DNA of 64,000 nt, taken from the NCBI GenBank assembly GCA_905178155.1, contig CAJINV010000004.1:5330258-5394257 (forward strand), given 5' to 3'. This DNA is from Amoebophrya sp. A120 (Eukaryota > Protista > Dinoflagellata). Both the position numbers and the translations under genes were made by a program. Positions 24,901 to 37,942 of this stretch are shown in pieces (within the stretch, counting starts at the first letter, position 1; every line of letters begins with the position of its first letter). Under the pieces are notes generated by a model. The model did not search any database. It had not been told where the DNA came from and saw only the letters and a list, made by a program, of their open reading frames with translations.

Positions 24901-27900
24901 TCCTGCGTTCGTGTGTCGCACTATTGAAAGGAAAAGCCCCCCCTTTCCATATTGAAACAGTGTGCTTCCGAAGATTTGCGCTGCTGCTTTGACGTCACAG
25001 ATCGCATTTGTCTCGCAAGAAGACAAGGGCAAAAGCTTCCGCCCCATTATGGACGCGATTCGTCATGCTGCTGGGCCTAAAGGGGAGCCGTTTGCAATGC
25101 TGAACAACTAGACCCATGCGCCCTTACCTAGCCTGGGGATCTGGCCGCATTGCCTTCCTGCAGTACAAAGCTGATTTGTGTACACAAATCCAGCATCAGA
25201 AGTTCCGTTTTGATATGGGGAGGGGGGATTTTTCCTTTCGATACGCACCCGGGCGTGGCCACCTGCACCGTGTCCATCTTCGCCAAGTAGCCCGGCGTTG
25301 CGCTCGTCACCGTGGTCCGCTCACTGTTGCAGGGCAGCGGGTGCGCGAGGCCGAGGCATTTCTCGTCGCAACTCTGGCCGGCCTGGTCAGTCTTATAAAA
25401 CCCCGACAGATATCAAGTGTAAAAATGTCTGGGTCTGGAAGAGTGCCGACTTTTGTCATGCTGTTTTTGCATGACACAGAAGGTCTGTCATGGAAGCCCT
25501 AGCATGACAGATTTCGAGAATCTTCCGCAAACGCAATGCCCAATCCGCATGACAAATCCCCTAGTATGGTGACAGGAGAAGATGGGCACCTTTTGCTGCC
25601 TGTGCACGAGAGATTTTTGTGTGTTGTGCAATGCGCATCACAAGTTGCATCCTTCCAGACCCAGACATTTTTGCATTTGATAACAGATCCGGCGTGGTGG
25701 TGGTCGTCGTCGTCGTGGTCGGCTCCGCCCCGGCGTAAAAGAAAATCCCGGACAGCACCAGTGGGTTGGTCCCGTCGGTGTTCTGGATTTTCATGGAGGT
25801 GAACCGCCGGCGGACGGGCACGTAGACCCCGTTAAACAGGATCGGGTCCGGGGGGAGCTCGAGTCCGGACGGGGTAGCCTCGTCGTCGAAGAAGAGCTCG
25901 CTGGTCCCGATGCTAGCGGTGGCAGCCTCCGCGTGGGGCCAAAACTCAAAGCCCTCCACGTAGCCCGTGCGGAAGTTCGCGAACTCGGGCGCCGTGGTAT
26001 CCTGATTAAAAACGTCCCCACACCAGAGTCAAGATGGGAAGTTTTTTTTTTGCTAGACAAATCAACTGGCTTTCGTTGTTTGGCATGACAAGTTTGTCCT
26101 CGTAGTGTCATCCTGTTTAGCTACCTATGAAGCATCACAGATCTAGCATAGCATCCTGATCCTAGCATCACAAATTCCAAAACACGAATAGAAAACGCTT
26201 GTGCTTCTCACGGAACTCCGCATGGGAAACTTTCTTGGCATGCAGAATTGCATGACAACTATGGGGTGGGGATGTTTTTACACGGGATGCGTGGCCCAGC
26301 TCGGCGTCGCGGGCGGATTCCATTCCACCCGCCACCAGGAGGGGGGCCCCGCCTGCCCGCCGAAAATCAGGGACCGCAGCGCCGCCACGCCTTGGTTCAC
26401 CGGGTCCCGAAACCCGAACGGGCGGTTACGGAAATTGTTCGGGTCCGCAAAGTCCGCGAATTCGCCCAGCTGGGTGGCCTGGAACCGCGCGGGGTTGATG
26501 GGAAGCAGGAGCTGCCCCGTCAGGTTGCGCTCGTACGCCCCGCCGCAGAAGCAGAGCCGCTTGTGGTTCTGCGCGTCCGGGGGCCGGGCGGCGCACAGCG
26601 ACCGGTAGCCCACCGCGTAGGTGTCGCTGTTGAACTGCACGCACCGCAGGTCCGGGAGGAGCGCAGTGTCGTTCTCGAAGTAGGGCGCCGCGCCGTCGGC
26701 CCGGTCGGCGCTGACGTACTCGCCGCACGAAGCCCCGGCGTATTACAATCAAAAATGCCCCCGCCCCGGAATTTGCAGAAGTTTGTCATGCAAAGTTTCC
26801 AAATGAAAGCTTTTTGTGTTGCGCGAAAGGATTGCGAGCCTTTCTGATGCAGAATCTAGGTGCCGTACGCAAGGTGTCTTGTGCATAACAGATCCGGCTG
26901 CTGATGGGCACCTTCGCAACACAAATTTGAGCGATTCAGCATGGAAAACTCGTGATGCTGAGATATGCAAGACGGGGAATGTTTCCATTGGAAAGGTTTG
27001 CAATACAAATGCTGCCAGGCTGGGGGTGGGGGCATTTTTCGTTGTAATACGGTGCTCGCGAAATTTGCGTTGTCCGTGATGTTTCCCGTCGTTTCTATCA
27101 ACTGCAAAAATGTCTGGGTCTGGAAGAATGCGCGATTTGTCATGCTGCTTTTCCATGACCCATGAGGTCTGGAATGAAGGACCTAGCATGACAGATTCTG
27201 CGAGACCTTTCTAATGCCTATCCTGCATGAGAAACTACCTCCAGACTTGGTCAAAACTGGACGGCTTTTGGCAATCATGCAACACAGATTTTTGCATGCT
27301 ATAGATTTAGCATGACAAGTTGCAATCTTCCAGACCCAGACATTTTTACATGTGATAGTTTCTTCGCTGTTGCAAGGCTGCGACGTCTCCGCGCACGTCT
27401 CGTCGCAGCTCTGGCCCGGCAGTCCCAGCCGGTAGCTGGGGGTGTCCTTGTCCGGTTTGGGGGGTTCTTCCTCATTCGGCTCGGCGCCCGCGTAAAACTG
27501 GATGCCGCAAAACCGCATCATCTCGCCGTTGCGGTTGTTTTGTATCTTCATCGACTGGAAGCGACGGTGCACGCGGACCCAGACCGGCGCGAAGTGGCCC
27601 GCCGGGTCGTCGGGGGGGAGCTGGCCCGCGGGCAGGTGGTCGTCGTCGAAAAAGAGATCGTATGCATTGCAAACATCCCTGGAAATGTCTGGAGCATGAT
27701 TGCAACTTGTGATGCCGCTTTTGCATTCTACAAAAATCTGTATTGCTTGAGCATCAAGCAGAGACGTCGAGTTTCTGCCACGCGGAGGTGGGGGCAACAT
27801 TTCTCATGCGGTATATGCATTAGGAACCCTCAACAAACTCTGTGATGCGAGGGCATGCATCATAGGCATCACAGTTCATGCAAAACGTGCATGACAGGTC

Positions 27901-30900
27901 TTCTTGCAATCTTCCAGAGAACCCAGACTACATATTAGCAATTGATAGGTCGGCTTCCTGCAGGGAAGAGGATCCCACGGTGGCGTCGCACCAGATCTCG
28001 AAGCCCTCCACATACTCGGACAGAAAGGGATTGTCCATCCACGGGTGCGGGGGCACCGGCGTCCACGCCGGGGGGTTCGCCGACACAGCGAACTCCACGC
28101 GCCACCACGCGCCGCCGCCCGCCCCCAGCACCACGCACAGCTGCGCGCCGAGGGCGTCGTTGTGGCCCACGGGGAGCCGCTGGTCAAGGGCGCGGTTCTG
28201 GAAGTTGTTGCCGGTGCCCGTGTCGTCAAACGTCGTTCCAACGAACCGGCTATCAAATGTAAAAGTGTCTGGGTCTGGAAGAATGCAAAACTTGTAATGC
28301 TGAACTCGCATACTCCCAAACTCTGTAATGCGTGTTGCGGAATAGCGGCGCTTCTGTATCATGCAAAAACGCAGTTTCTCATGCGTGTTACACGCCACAG
28401 GACCGTTCAAGAATCTGTCATGCTAGGCTGCTTACTCTAGTCATTTTTTCATTCGTGTATTAGCATGACAAGTTTCCAGACCCAGACATTTTTACAGTTG
28501 ATACCGGCTGCCCGGGATGGGGTTCAGCGTTTTCCCGTCGAACACGCGCGTGTGCGTATCCTGAGTAAAAACGTACCCACACCAGAGCTATAATGCAGAT
28601 TTGCAAAGACAGGAAGACTTGTAATGCGCATCCCCATGAGAGCCATTTCCAATCGTGTTTTGGAGTCTGTGATGCTGTGAACAGGATGAGCAGATGAATC
28701 TGTGATGCGGCTGCACTTGCTAACCAGCACTACACTGCAGAGTGCAATTTGTCATGCGTGACTCCCAAAACTCCTAGGTTTGTGTTGCAAAATCCCCATC
28801 CTGACTCTTGTGTGGGGACGTTTTTACTCAGGATAGTGCGGGCCCCCGCAGTAGCACACGCGGCGGTGCGCGTGCAGGTGAGAACGAGCACTGCAGCTCG
28901 AGTGCACGCCGGCCGCAGTGGCGGTGCTGTTGTAGGAGTAGCAGTGGTAGGGCCGTCGACCGGACGAGCCTGCTTTCAAAATCTTGTTCAACAGCTTCGC
29001 CTGTTGTTCTTCTCGCGACGTCTCAATTTCTCTACTTTTTATCCCTGCCCCCTGACGAGAAGTAGCTGTAGTACCACTAGCACCCTCGCGTAGAAGTTCA
29101 CTGCCTGCCGCGGATGTAGTCCGGCCCGCTTCCGCGAGCGTCACCACCGGGTTATTCACGTCGTACGGCAACAGAAAGGGCGCGAAGTTCTCTTGCAAGT
29201 GCGCCTCCTGTGTGTCGATGCAGTCCACCCCCAGGTGATCGACCATGGCCGCAAAATCCGCCGCCTGACTGGTTTCCTCGCTGTTACACGGCAAGTTTTG
29301 CGCGCCGCAGGCTTCGTCGCAGCTCTGCAGCGGCTCGGCCAGAAACACGCGGTAACTGAACTCGGTGATGCGGAGCGGCGTCGGGTCCTTTGCCGCGTAG
29401 AAGTGGATGCCGCAAAAATCTATCTCGTCCGCGCCGTTTGTCGCCTGAATCGTCATACTGCCCTATCCTGAGAAAATACGTCCCCACACCGGATTGGTCA
29501 TACAAATGTGCAATGAGAGAAACATTTGTCATGCGCAGCACCATGAGAGGAATTTCCAATCGTGTTTCGTAATTTGTAATGCTGTAAACAGGATGTGAAA
29601 ATGACTTTCTTATGCGGCTTCTCTTGCCAATCACCACTACACTGCAGGGGGAAACTTGTCATGCACGGCTCCCAAAATTTGGAGATTTGTGTTGCTAGAT
29701 TCCCAACTTGACTCTGGTGTGGGGACGTTTTTACTCAGGATATGCCCCAGCTCCTTCTTGCCGCAAGCGGAACCCAGGTTGGCGACGTGGCCGCTCCACC
29801 CGCGCCGCCCCCCGGGAAGGCGGCCAGCAAATTTTTCTCGGTGAAGGCCGGCGCGTCGTCGAAAACGACGTCTGCCGTCTGCACGCCGTTCACATTCGTA
29901 CTCTCGCCGTCGGGAAAGATTTCGAACCCCGCCACGTGCCGCGCAAACAGCGTCCAATTGCCGTGGGTGCTGCCCTTCCAGGCCGCCCGCCAGTAGGCGT
30001 TTTCCACCGGCGGGCCCGCACTGCCCCCCGTGGTCTTCGAACACATGAGCGAGCCGGCGTCGAGCGCCGCTTTCGTATACGCGTCGTTTTTGATTTCCGT
30101 CGGGGCTCGGTTCGAAAAGGCCCGGTTCCACGCGTTGCTCGCCGGGCACACGCTGACGCCCGCGTCTTGGCAGTCTTCCGACCCGGCGTCTTCCGGTCCC
30201 TGGGTCGCGACAAACTGGCGCGCGGGGATTGGGAGCCGCAGCGCGTCGCCGACCCACCGCATGTGCTCGCCGCCGCAGTAGCAGACCCGGCGGGGCCCCA
30301 CCGAGATCTCCGACTTCGCACTGCAGATGGGCGACAGCCCCGCGGACTCCAGCGATTGAGGGAACCGAACGCACTTCCACGTCTGGTCCGCGCTGTTCTG
30401 CTCGGCATACGGCGCCAGTACGAAGTCCATGTCCGTGGTTGGGGCCGTCCCCACCACGGCGTCCTCCACGGAGCTGCAGGCGGAGGCATCGTGCAGCACC
30501 TGCTGAAAGGTCGCCTCCGCGGTGCTGGCGGTTTTCTCGCTGTTGCACGGAAGTCCGACGTCGTCGCACTTTTCGTCGCAGCTCTGGATCGACTCCGCCA
30601 GAAAGAAATTCGGTTTCCGCAGAAACGACGCCCGCCCGTCCGGGGGGACTACGTCGGAAATCCGAAGATTCAGTTTGCTCAGCCACGTGCCCCGCTCCCG
30701 CACCCCGAACACGACCGTGTTGATGCCGATTTGCGAGGCGGCGAAGGTATCGTCACCGTCGGACGAATTCTCCAGTTCGCTCGTCGACCAGCTATTTGTT
30801 GTCAAAATCGGCCTCCACGTATTCACATCCTCCACGTCCCCGTTCGGACCCACAATCTTGACGCAGAAACTATCGTCCGACGCGGTATCCCCGTCGCTGT

Positions 30901-33900
30901 TTTCGGTCGCGACACTCGCCGCCCGGGCGGTTCCGGTCAATTGCAGGTCCAGGGCCTCCTCCCGCACCAGCACGCGAAACCTGGCCTCGTTGCCCGTTAT
31001 GAAATGCAAAAGTGTCTGGGTCTGGAATGTGATGCTAACTTTGGACTCATCTAAAAAAATCTGTATTGCATGACCAGCAAGAGGAGTCAAATTTGGCTAC
31101 GCGGAGAGGGCATTTGTGATGCAGGATGCGCATCGATACGCGCTCAAAAAATCTGTGATGCTATGGCACACATCAGAGACATCATGGATCATGGAAAACG
31201 TGCATGACAAACCTCTTCCAGACCCAGACATTTCTGCATTTGATACCCGTGTTCATGGCGCAATCTTTGTCTTCAAAGTCGGCCAGAGGGTCGCCGTTGG
31301 CATCCAGGTTCCCCGTGCCCGTGTCCGGCACGTGTACGTACGGCGTGGTACCACCCTCCACGCCGATCTCCATGGTGCCAAACAGCTCGGCCTCGACCGC
31401 ACCGATCTCATCAACGGCCGGGGTCGTGGTGGTGCTCGTAGTGTATCGAATGTCAAAATGTCTGGGTCTGGAAGATTCCGGGATTTGTGATGCATATTTT
31501 GTATGATCCATGACTCATGTAATGCACGATCTAGCATCACAGATTTTTAGAGGGCTTCCTGATGCCTATTTCGCATGACAAATGCCCTCTCCGCGTAACA
31601 CAAACTGGACCCCTGTTGCTGGTCACGCAATACAGATTTTTTTGGGATCCAAAGACAGCATGACAGGTTGCAATTTTCCAGACCCAGACACTTTTACAAT
31701 CCATATAGTGCTGGGCCGCACCACGAAGTGCGCGTTCCCGCTGGTGATCCGGAGCTTGCTCAGCCAGGAACCCTTTTCGCGCACCCGCAGTATCGTGAGA
31801 AAAAAGTGTTACAGTTACACACTCTGATGGAAGACAAGCAAGACAGACAACCTCTGTCATGCAGGAAATGCTTGCCAGCCTGATTTCATTGGTGTTTTCC
31901 CTTATAGTCTGCGCATCACAGGTTTTCTTAGCGATGTCGAGCAACTTTGTGATGCAGAAACTCCAACAAATGTGTAACTGTAACACTTTTTTCCTGTGAT
32001 ACGCAGCTTCATCTGGTTAATCCCGTGCATGAACCCCTCGAAGGACGTATCGCTGTTCCCGCTGGAATATCAAATGCGAATATGTCTGGGTCCGGAAGAG
32101 TACAAGACTAGACTTCTCATGCAGGTTCGACATGACACATCACGTCTGGAATGCAGGATCTAGCACGACAGAATCTACTGTGAGATCTGTACCATGCCTA
32201 TCCTGCATGAGAGACTCACTCCCAACTTGGTCAAAAATGGACCGCTTTTAGTAACCATGCAACACAAGTTTTTGCATGATCCAGATTTAGCACGACAAGC
32301 TGCATTCTTCATCTTCCAGACCCAGACCTATTTGCAGCGCATATGGAATCCTTGTACTTGAGGCAGCTCTCGTGCCACGCGTCGGTCCGTTGCTTCGCCA
32401 TTTGCCATATGTATTGCAAAAATGTCTGGGTCTGGAAGGTTGGAACTTGTGATGCTAACTTTGGATTGAATTGAATTGAAGTAGCGACGCCCCCTGACGT
32501 GCCTCGGTAGCCGATCGCTCTACCAACCGGAGGTGCTAATTACATGCTTACTCCTTCCTTCGTCGAGCACCTTATTCGCCATACAAACTGGCTGGTGAGC
32601 AATTACCCGGACTGCCGGCCCAATTTGTGCCGGTTTTGGTGTTTTAGGGAGATACCCGCGACGCCCCCGCGGAGTTGGCGAAACCCTGATAGCGAGACGC
32701 AACCCTTGGCGGACCTGACCGACCTGAGACCATCCCCACCTTTGGATGTGTTGTCTCCCGCTTGTGCTGCGCGTTCTGCTTCGAGCCGGCCAGACCCTGT
32801 GCCCCGCGGGATCTCGGTTCGCACAATGTTGGTTAGTACGCATGGGATCCTGATCGCGGACGGCAAGTGTGTAGTTGGGGGGGCTACTTCTTTTCTTGAG
32901 GGGTCGAGGTAGTGGCATACTCGGCGCACTGCGTATTCGTAAACAAAAACAGGGGTGAGCTGTTGCAGTCCCGAGGTCCTGCTGCGCTCTGCTGCTCCCA
33001 ATGATCATTGCCATTTGGGGTCAGGCTACCTGTTTTGTAACCATCCACGCAGGTCGGCTCCTATTGGGTTCTTTTTCAAAAATAATTGCTTTGCCCAGCT
33101 TTCCGCTGCAGTGCCTACCTCTTGGGTCCTTAGTCCTACACGTTCTGGTCCAGGGTTGAGCAAGGCCCTGATGAAGGAAGTGATTCGGCGAAAAAACAGA
33201 TGGGACAAGCATCGCGCGCGCCCGAACGCTGATCATTTTGCCGCTGTTGTCTTCCTGACTGTGGGGCTTGGTCCTGAAATGCAAAACCGCATCACAACCC
33301 TTCAAACAGCACAATATTGCGCCATCTCCTAAATCTAGGAGGAAAACCGGCATGACACTGATGCCGTTTCGTTCTCATGGCATCGCAGAGCCGGCCCTTC
33401 TGCCGTGGCTCTTCGTTCTTTTTAATCATGATCGGTTCGCTTGCAGGCGTCTTTCGTCCCATTTGCTTTTAGACTTCCCGCACCCCCCCACCCTCAGGAA
33501 ACCCCCTGTCGGGGAGCAAAGACAAAAATGCGGAGTTGGACGAACATAGGGCCATGTATATGCAGGGGGGGCTGCTACTTCTTTAAGGGGGGGGGATTGC
33601 TGCTGCTACGAACGGGGAGGGCGGGCTTTGGTGTTCCTACTGCCGCGAAGTTTGCTAGTGCTCTTGCCGCCCCTGCCACCGTTTGCTGCGTGGCGCCAGT
33701 TTCAGCTCCTGCTCGGATTGCTACTACTGCCGCCCGGATAGGCACTAATACTAGTGCCACTACTACTGCTGCTGCTTCCCGCACCTGCTGCACCATGTTG
33801 ATTTTTGTCACTATGCGGATTGCTACTACTAACGCCCACGCTGCACCGAATCGCCCTGCGCTTCTTCGCCGCTTGTTTCTTTTCTGCCTCCGCCACACGC

Positions 33901-36496
33901 TAGTCCCTTGCTTTCATTTCATGCTGACCGACCGGCCCACTTTAGGGGCGCCTGCGCGAAGGAACTAAGCTAGAAGGATCCGCCGGATCCCGAAACAAAA
34001 AAACGCACCAAGATGGTGCGGCAACATAAGGATCCAGAGACCGCAAAAAGGAACGGGGGGGGCCCTTGGCTAGCGCTACCGGCGGTGCTAAGAAACCTAA
34101 AAAAAATTTTGGATTCTAAAAATGAATGTCAAAAATGCTAACTTTGGATTCTAAAAAAATCTGTATTGCATGACCAGCAAGAGAAGTCTAGTTTGTGCTA
34201 CGCGGGGAGGACATTTGTCATGCGGAGTAGGCATCGATCAGGAAGCCCTTAAAAGTCTGTGATGCTCGGTCGTGCATTGCAGACATCCTGGCTCATGGAA
34301 AATATGCATGACAAACCCGGCAACATTCCAGACTCAGACATTTTTGCATTTGATATGCCAGGTGAAATAGTCGAAGCCGGGTTTGACCTTAATCCGGTCC
34401 CCGTTCGGATCCAGAAACCGCACGCACCAGCTGTTATCCTTGTTCCAAGGCTCCTCCGTGGCCCGGCCCTCGCCCTTCATTTTCACCACGGTATTGTCGT
34501 TGTCTACCTTAATATCCACCACCACCGCGTGTTCTCCATCGTCCGAGCTGCAGTCTTTGTCCAAAATGTCAACCGACCCCCCGTTCGGATACACAACCGC
34601 CTCCTTGCCCTCAAAAACATCGCTCTGGACCTGCCCGGACCGCACGCCCTGCTCGGCCAGATTAATCTCCGTCTCGAGCCGCGTTGTGGTACTCGTGCTG
34701 GTCGTGGGCGGCATTTTTCTAGAAGCAGTCATATGCAGCTTCCTCTTCTGCTGCCGTTTTTTCTCTTTCATCTTCCCTCCTGTCTTTGTTCGTACTTGTT
34801 GTTTCTGTTGTTTCATCTCACGACTTAGCTCTCCACCGACGTGCTGCCGCTCCGTCTCAACCGCCGCAACACCAAGATCCTGCTGTGCTGCTGTCGCCGT
34901 CGTCGTCGCGGCTTCGTCCCCTCGTCTAATATCTTCTTGTTTTTGCCGCTTCTCCTTTTTGCGAAAAGTTGTGCTTTCGAGCGCTGATGAATGATCCTTC
35001 TGTGGTGGTCCGCGCACGGCGGATGAAGAGACCACGGACGAAGAACTTCTTCTACGAGTTGATGTACTAGGCTCTTCACTTCCACTGCTAAAGCTCGCCG
35101 TGGAGGAAGCCTCGTGGTCTCTGTGCTGCTCAAGAATACCGTTGTCAGTCGTCCGCGAAGATTTGCGCTTACTGTTAGTCTCAGTACGCCCGCGTGGAGA
35201 AGCAGAAGACCCCGGTATAATTTCGACATTTTTCTTGGACGACAACTTGGACGTCGAAGATTCTCTATTGCTATTCTTCAGTTCATCCACCGGCGACTCT
35301 TGCCATCGAAAGCGCTCCACCAGGTCGCCATTTGGCTTTTCCGAAGATCCCACGCAAAAAGAACTGCCCAGCGCCTGTTGTACAGTCTGCGACGCCAGCG
35401 CCACCGCGGCCTCGTCGAGGGTCTGCTTGCTGCCCCTTTGATGTCGGGCACAGGGATCCACCCTCGTTTGGCACTCGCCGGTACTCTTTTTCAGCAGAAA
35501 GCTGCCGCAGTTACTGGTGGTCGCACACAGGTAGCGACACTCCTGTCTCGTGTACTTTCGGTCTGTGTAGCGGGCAAGAAGGCGGCTCGCGTCGTCGTGC
35601 TGTCGAGATGTTGACTCTGCTGCAGCTGCAGCTTCCGAAAACTTGTCCTCGGGGCGGCCCTCTGGTTGCTCTACTTCTTCCAACTCGCACTGCTCTTCAC
35701 TGTCGTCCCAATCTTCTTCCATATAATTTCCGCTGGTGCTGGTTTTTAGTTTAGATGCTGACGTCCTCGACTGAGCAGCGAGATCCTCCGCTTTCGATCT
35801 TTTGGCTTTCCCATCATCAATCGTTTTCCTGCTCTTGTAGTTCTTCTCTAGAAGTTCTACTTTGCATTCGGACGCTGTCGGTATGTCCGGAACATCATGC
35901 CCCGGCACACACAAGATGTCGTTGCGTGCGATGGAGTACGTTATCACCGCTTTGGCTGCGAAAGAGGAAGCTGATGGTGGTGAACTTCTAGTGCTTGGTG
36001 CTTTATTCAGTGCTGATTTCGTCACGTCAGAAGTTGTGTCCACTGCTGTAAAGTCTACATTTTGGCGCTCGTCCCCAGCAGTTGGCCTTGTCCCACGAGA
36101 ACTCGGACCACTAGAGGCATGAGTACTACTTCTAACATCACTCCTCCCGCCCGCAGCAGGCGGTCTGCACCCGGTGCGGTAATAGCCGCAAATCCCGTCG
36201 GCGTCGATGGCGAAAAACGCACACTCTTTCAACCCGCGGCAAACTGCGTCGCATTGCTTCACCGTACTTCCCGTGCTCACCGGCTGCGGCAACAGCACCT
36301 CGCCGGCGTTTTCGCACGTGCCGGCCCACTCTGCAGGACACAGAATGGTGGCGGCCGCTTGCAACTGCTGCTGTTGGAACACGGGAGTTTTTACAGCCTG
36401 CGGTCGTGCCCCATGCTTGCTGCGCGGCTCCACCGCCCCGTTGCGCGCGGCGAAGAGCCGGCTCAGCGTCGCCACCCGGTGGTCGAGGTACACCAT
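15916..36496 (-). CDS. Gene 2: ~2860-aa Cys-rich multidomain protein (PAN-like, CBM-like, repeated Cys module plus galactose-binding-like domain, Thr linkers, C-terminal F-type-lectin/F5-8C-like domain); 32 introns
   Basis: ATG of MVYLDHR at 36496, TAG after LNEIKVFGRP at 15916. Removing 31 introners (+5 bp each) and the 1134-bp insert leaves 8583 nt (2861 codons). Checked junctions match gene 3; not every exon was checked for stops. Confidence 0.8.
15963..16274. mobile_element. Introner G1
   Basis: Homologous to 44128-44439; DR GCGGG. Confidence 0.85.
16315..16565. mobile_element. Introner A2
   Basis: A TIR; DR CCCAC. Confidence 0.9.
16760..17065. mobile_element. Introner C2
   Basis: C TIR; DR TCCGG. 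Confidence 0.9.
17136..17400. mobile_element. Introner A3
   Basis: A TIR; DR TTGGC. Confidence 0.9.
17462..17718. mobile_element. Introner A4
   Basis: A TIR; DR CACCG. Confidence 0.9.
17809..18059. mobile_element. Introner A5
   Basis: A TIR; DR ATGGG; removal restores LPITRVQVF. Confidence 0.9.
18242..18465. mobile_element. Introner E1
   Basis: Family E TIR TATGACAGTGCACAACTCCCCCTCCCCCTCAT; DR TCCAG. Confidence 0.9.
18576..18791. mobile_element. Introner E2
   Basis: E TIR; DR GCGTC. Confidence 0.9.
18941..19128. mobile_element. Introner H1
   Basis: Family H TIR TATCCCACAGAAAAAG; DR TTTGT/TTCTT. Confidence 0.85.
19220..20315. mobile_element. Palindrome-rich insertion in a gene 2 exon, flanked by a 38-bp duplication
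   Basis: DR 19182-19219 / 20316-20353; IR GAAATTAGTTCC (19232-19243, 20304-20315); long internal palindromes. Confidence 0.8.
20881..21203. mobile_element. Introner C3
   Basis: C TIR; DR CAGTC/CGGTC. Confidence 0.9.
21369..21629. mobile_element. Introner A6
   Basis: A TIR; DR GACGG. Confidence 0.9.
21784..22954. mobile_element. Introner D1 with nested insertion
   Basis: Family D TIR TATTACA.TGAAAAATGCCCCC (degenerate copy); DR AGCTC. Confidence 0.85.
21888..22820. mobile_element. Asymmetric-IR element nested in introner D1
   Basis: ATAC duplication, IR 21911-21925 / 22806-22820, hairpin 21897-21908; contains an N gap at 22283-22348. Confidence 0.7.
23076..23330. mobile_element. Introner A7
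   Basis: A TIR; DR TCCGC. Confidence 0.9.
23393..23622. mobile_element. Introner F2
   Basis: F-like TIR; DR GAGAG/AAGAG. Confidence 0.8.
23862..24032. mobile_element. Introner H2
   Basis: Long H TIR; DR GGGAA. Confidence 0.9.
24072..24324. mobile_element. Introner A8
   Basis: A TIR; DR ACACA/GTACA. Confidence 0.9.
24426..24700. mobile_element. Introner E3
   Basis: E TIR; DR CCAGG/CCACA. Confidence 0.85.
24922..25243. mobile_element. Introner C4
   Basis: C TIR; DR CGCAC. Confidence 0.9.
25411..25682. mobile_element. Introner A9
   Basis: A TIR; DR ACAGA. Confidence 0.9.
25998..26289. mobile_element. Introner B2
   Basis: B TIR; DR CGTGG. Confidence 0.9.
26741..27049. mobile_element. Introner D2
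   Basis: D TIR; DR CGGCG/CGGTG. Confidence 0.9.
27096..27357. mobile_element. Introner A10
   Basis: A TIR; DR GTTTC. Confidence 0.9.
27661..27947. mobile_element. Introner A11
   Basis: A TIR; DR GATCG/GGTCG. Confidence 0.85.
28251..28503. mobile_element. Introner A12
   Basis: A TIR; DR CCGGC. Confidence 0.9.
28557..28835. mobile_element. Introner B3
   Basis: B TIR; DR GTGCG. Confidence 0.9.
29464..29742. mobile_element. Introner B4
   Basis: B TIR; DR TGCCC. Confidence 0.9.
30998..31245. mobile_element. Introner A13
   Basis: A TIR; DR CCCGT. Confidence 0.9.
31444..31705. mobile_element. Introner A14
   Basis: A TIR; DR TAGTG. Confidence 0.9.
31791..32001. mobile_element. Introner F3
   Basis: F TIR; DR CGCAG. 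Confidence 0.9.
32068..32343. mobile_element. Introner A15
   Basis: A TIR; DR TGGAA. Confidence 0.9.
32408..34355. mobile_element. Introner A16 with nested non-LTR insertion
   Basis: A TIR; DR TGCCA. Confidence 0.9.
32468..34134 (-). mobile_element. Non-LTR (TPRT-type) insertion nested in introner A16
   Basis: 16-bp TSD ATGCTAACTTTGGATT (32452-32467, 34135-34150); (TTCAA)n tail; no RT motif recognised. Confidence 0.75.
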
Positions 36497-37942
36497 GTCG
36501 ATCCGAAGCCACGGGAGGAAGACGGTAAAAGTGGTAGTTGTACAAGGGCGCCTCTACTACAACTCCGAGTTTGGACGCATTTCTCTCCGCGCCCGGGAGT
36601 GGCATCGCTACGTCAGGAGAAGAGGGCTTTCTTGTTCCATTTCGTTTTCTACTCGAGGGAACATGTAAAGCTACGGTGGCGGGTCGCGGTGCCGGAGATC
36701 ATTTCCTTACCAGCGCGGCACCGACGAGTAGGGGCACTTCAAACTTTATTGCGATTTTTACAAAAATGTCAAGCGATTTTTACAATCGCAACTGGCCAAG
36801 GACTACCGAGCGGCTACGCTTGCGGTCTTGTTTTTAGCTCTCTAGAGCTTGTTGCCTTGTGTTCCATTCATTCTTTCTCTACGATTCATGTCCAGAGCGG
36901 AGACAGAGAAAAAGCTTTTGAAGAAGTAGATTCCTTGGCCTCCTTTCTACAATTCACAAACCATACTCTCCTACGCCCCCGTCCCTGCTTCTACCCGCTC
37001 AAACTCGCTACAACTCTGTCACTCCAGATATATCGTCTTCACCTAACGCCACACAAGGCTGCAGCATACGGTCTCTTGTTGGGTCGTGGAGCTCTAGAAA
37101 CGTGAAGATGCAATAAAGCGAAGGGATCATGCAAAGCGAGGGTGAGCCAACTTCTACCCGACTCGTCCTCGCAAGCATGCTTACACCACTGCTTCAAAGT
37201 CCCGTCCAAGAAGAGTTTCACGGTCGTGGTCGTGCAGGCCCCTAACACATCAAACAGCCTCTGCATTTTTACATTGTGTTTACCGATCGGAAAAGCGTTG
37301 CTCCGTTCCGTCTTTTTCTTTTGAAAAAAAGTACAAGGGCAGTCAGCCGCTGTCGAGGAAATCGAATCTGTAAAGTCGCAAAATCCAACTTTCGCTGCGC
37401 TCTTTCCTCCCACACTTCTTGCAGGAAGCTGCTATTGGACAACTTTATCTGTGCAAATTTACTACAAATTCGTCTACACGCCAAAATGTGGAAACATACG
37501 AAACCCAACTGTTGACTCCTACGTAGTAAGTTGAACTACCAAAGCCATTATAAACCTACAGTAGAAATCAGAAAATATGTTACAAACGTGCCATAGGAAC
37601 GACGACCTCAGCCACGTTTGCTGTGAAGCTGAAATGAACATGAAACCAAATACGAAACGAAACCTCCGAAAATGGAAGCGTATTGAATTGTTCTTGGAAA
37701 TAAACTGTTCTGGGATGCAGCGTTGCACTAGCTGCTACCTCGGAGCGTCATCGCCGCTTTCACAGAAAGCAGGCGAATGAAAAAATACCAATGCGTTTCT
37801 ACTCCCTTCACAGAAGCTGCTCGTTGAAACATTTTAAGTGATACCGCCATCTTTATTATCACCACCCCGAGTTTTTACTTCGAGTACTGGATGATTGAAA
37901 ATGACGCGCGAGAAGAACGCTACACTTCTACCCGCGTTCTCC

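Noticed and set aside
29637-31054. 448-aa plus-strand and 349-aa alternative-frame ORFs
   Set aside because: GC-rich shadows of the real gene 2 exon, whose frame matches gene 3.
32520-33968. Autonomous transposase for the introners
   Set aside because: No DDE or RT motifs are recognisable here; the only integrase in the window is the broken Copia one.
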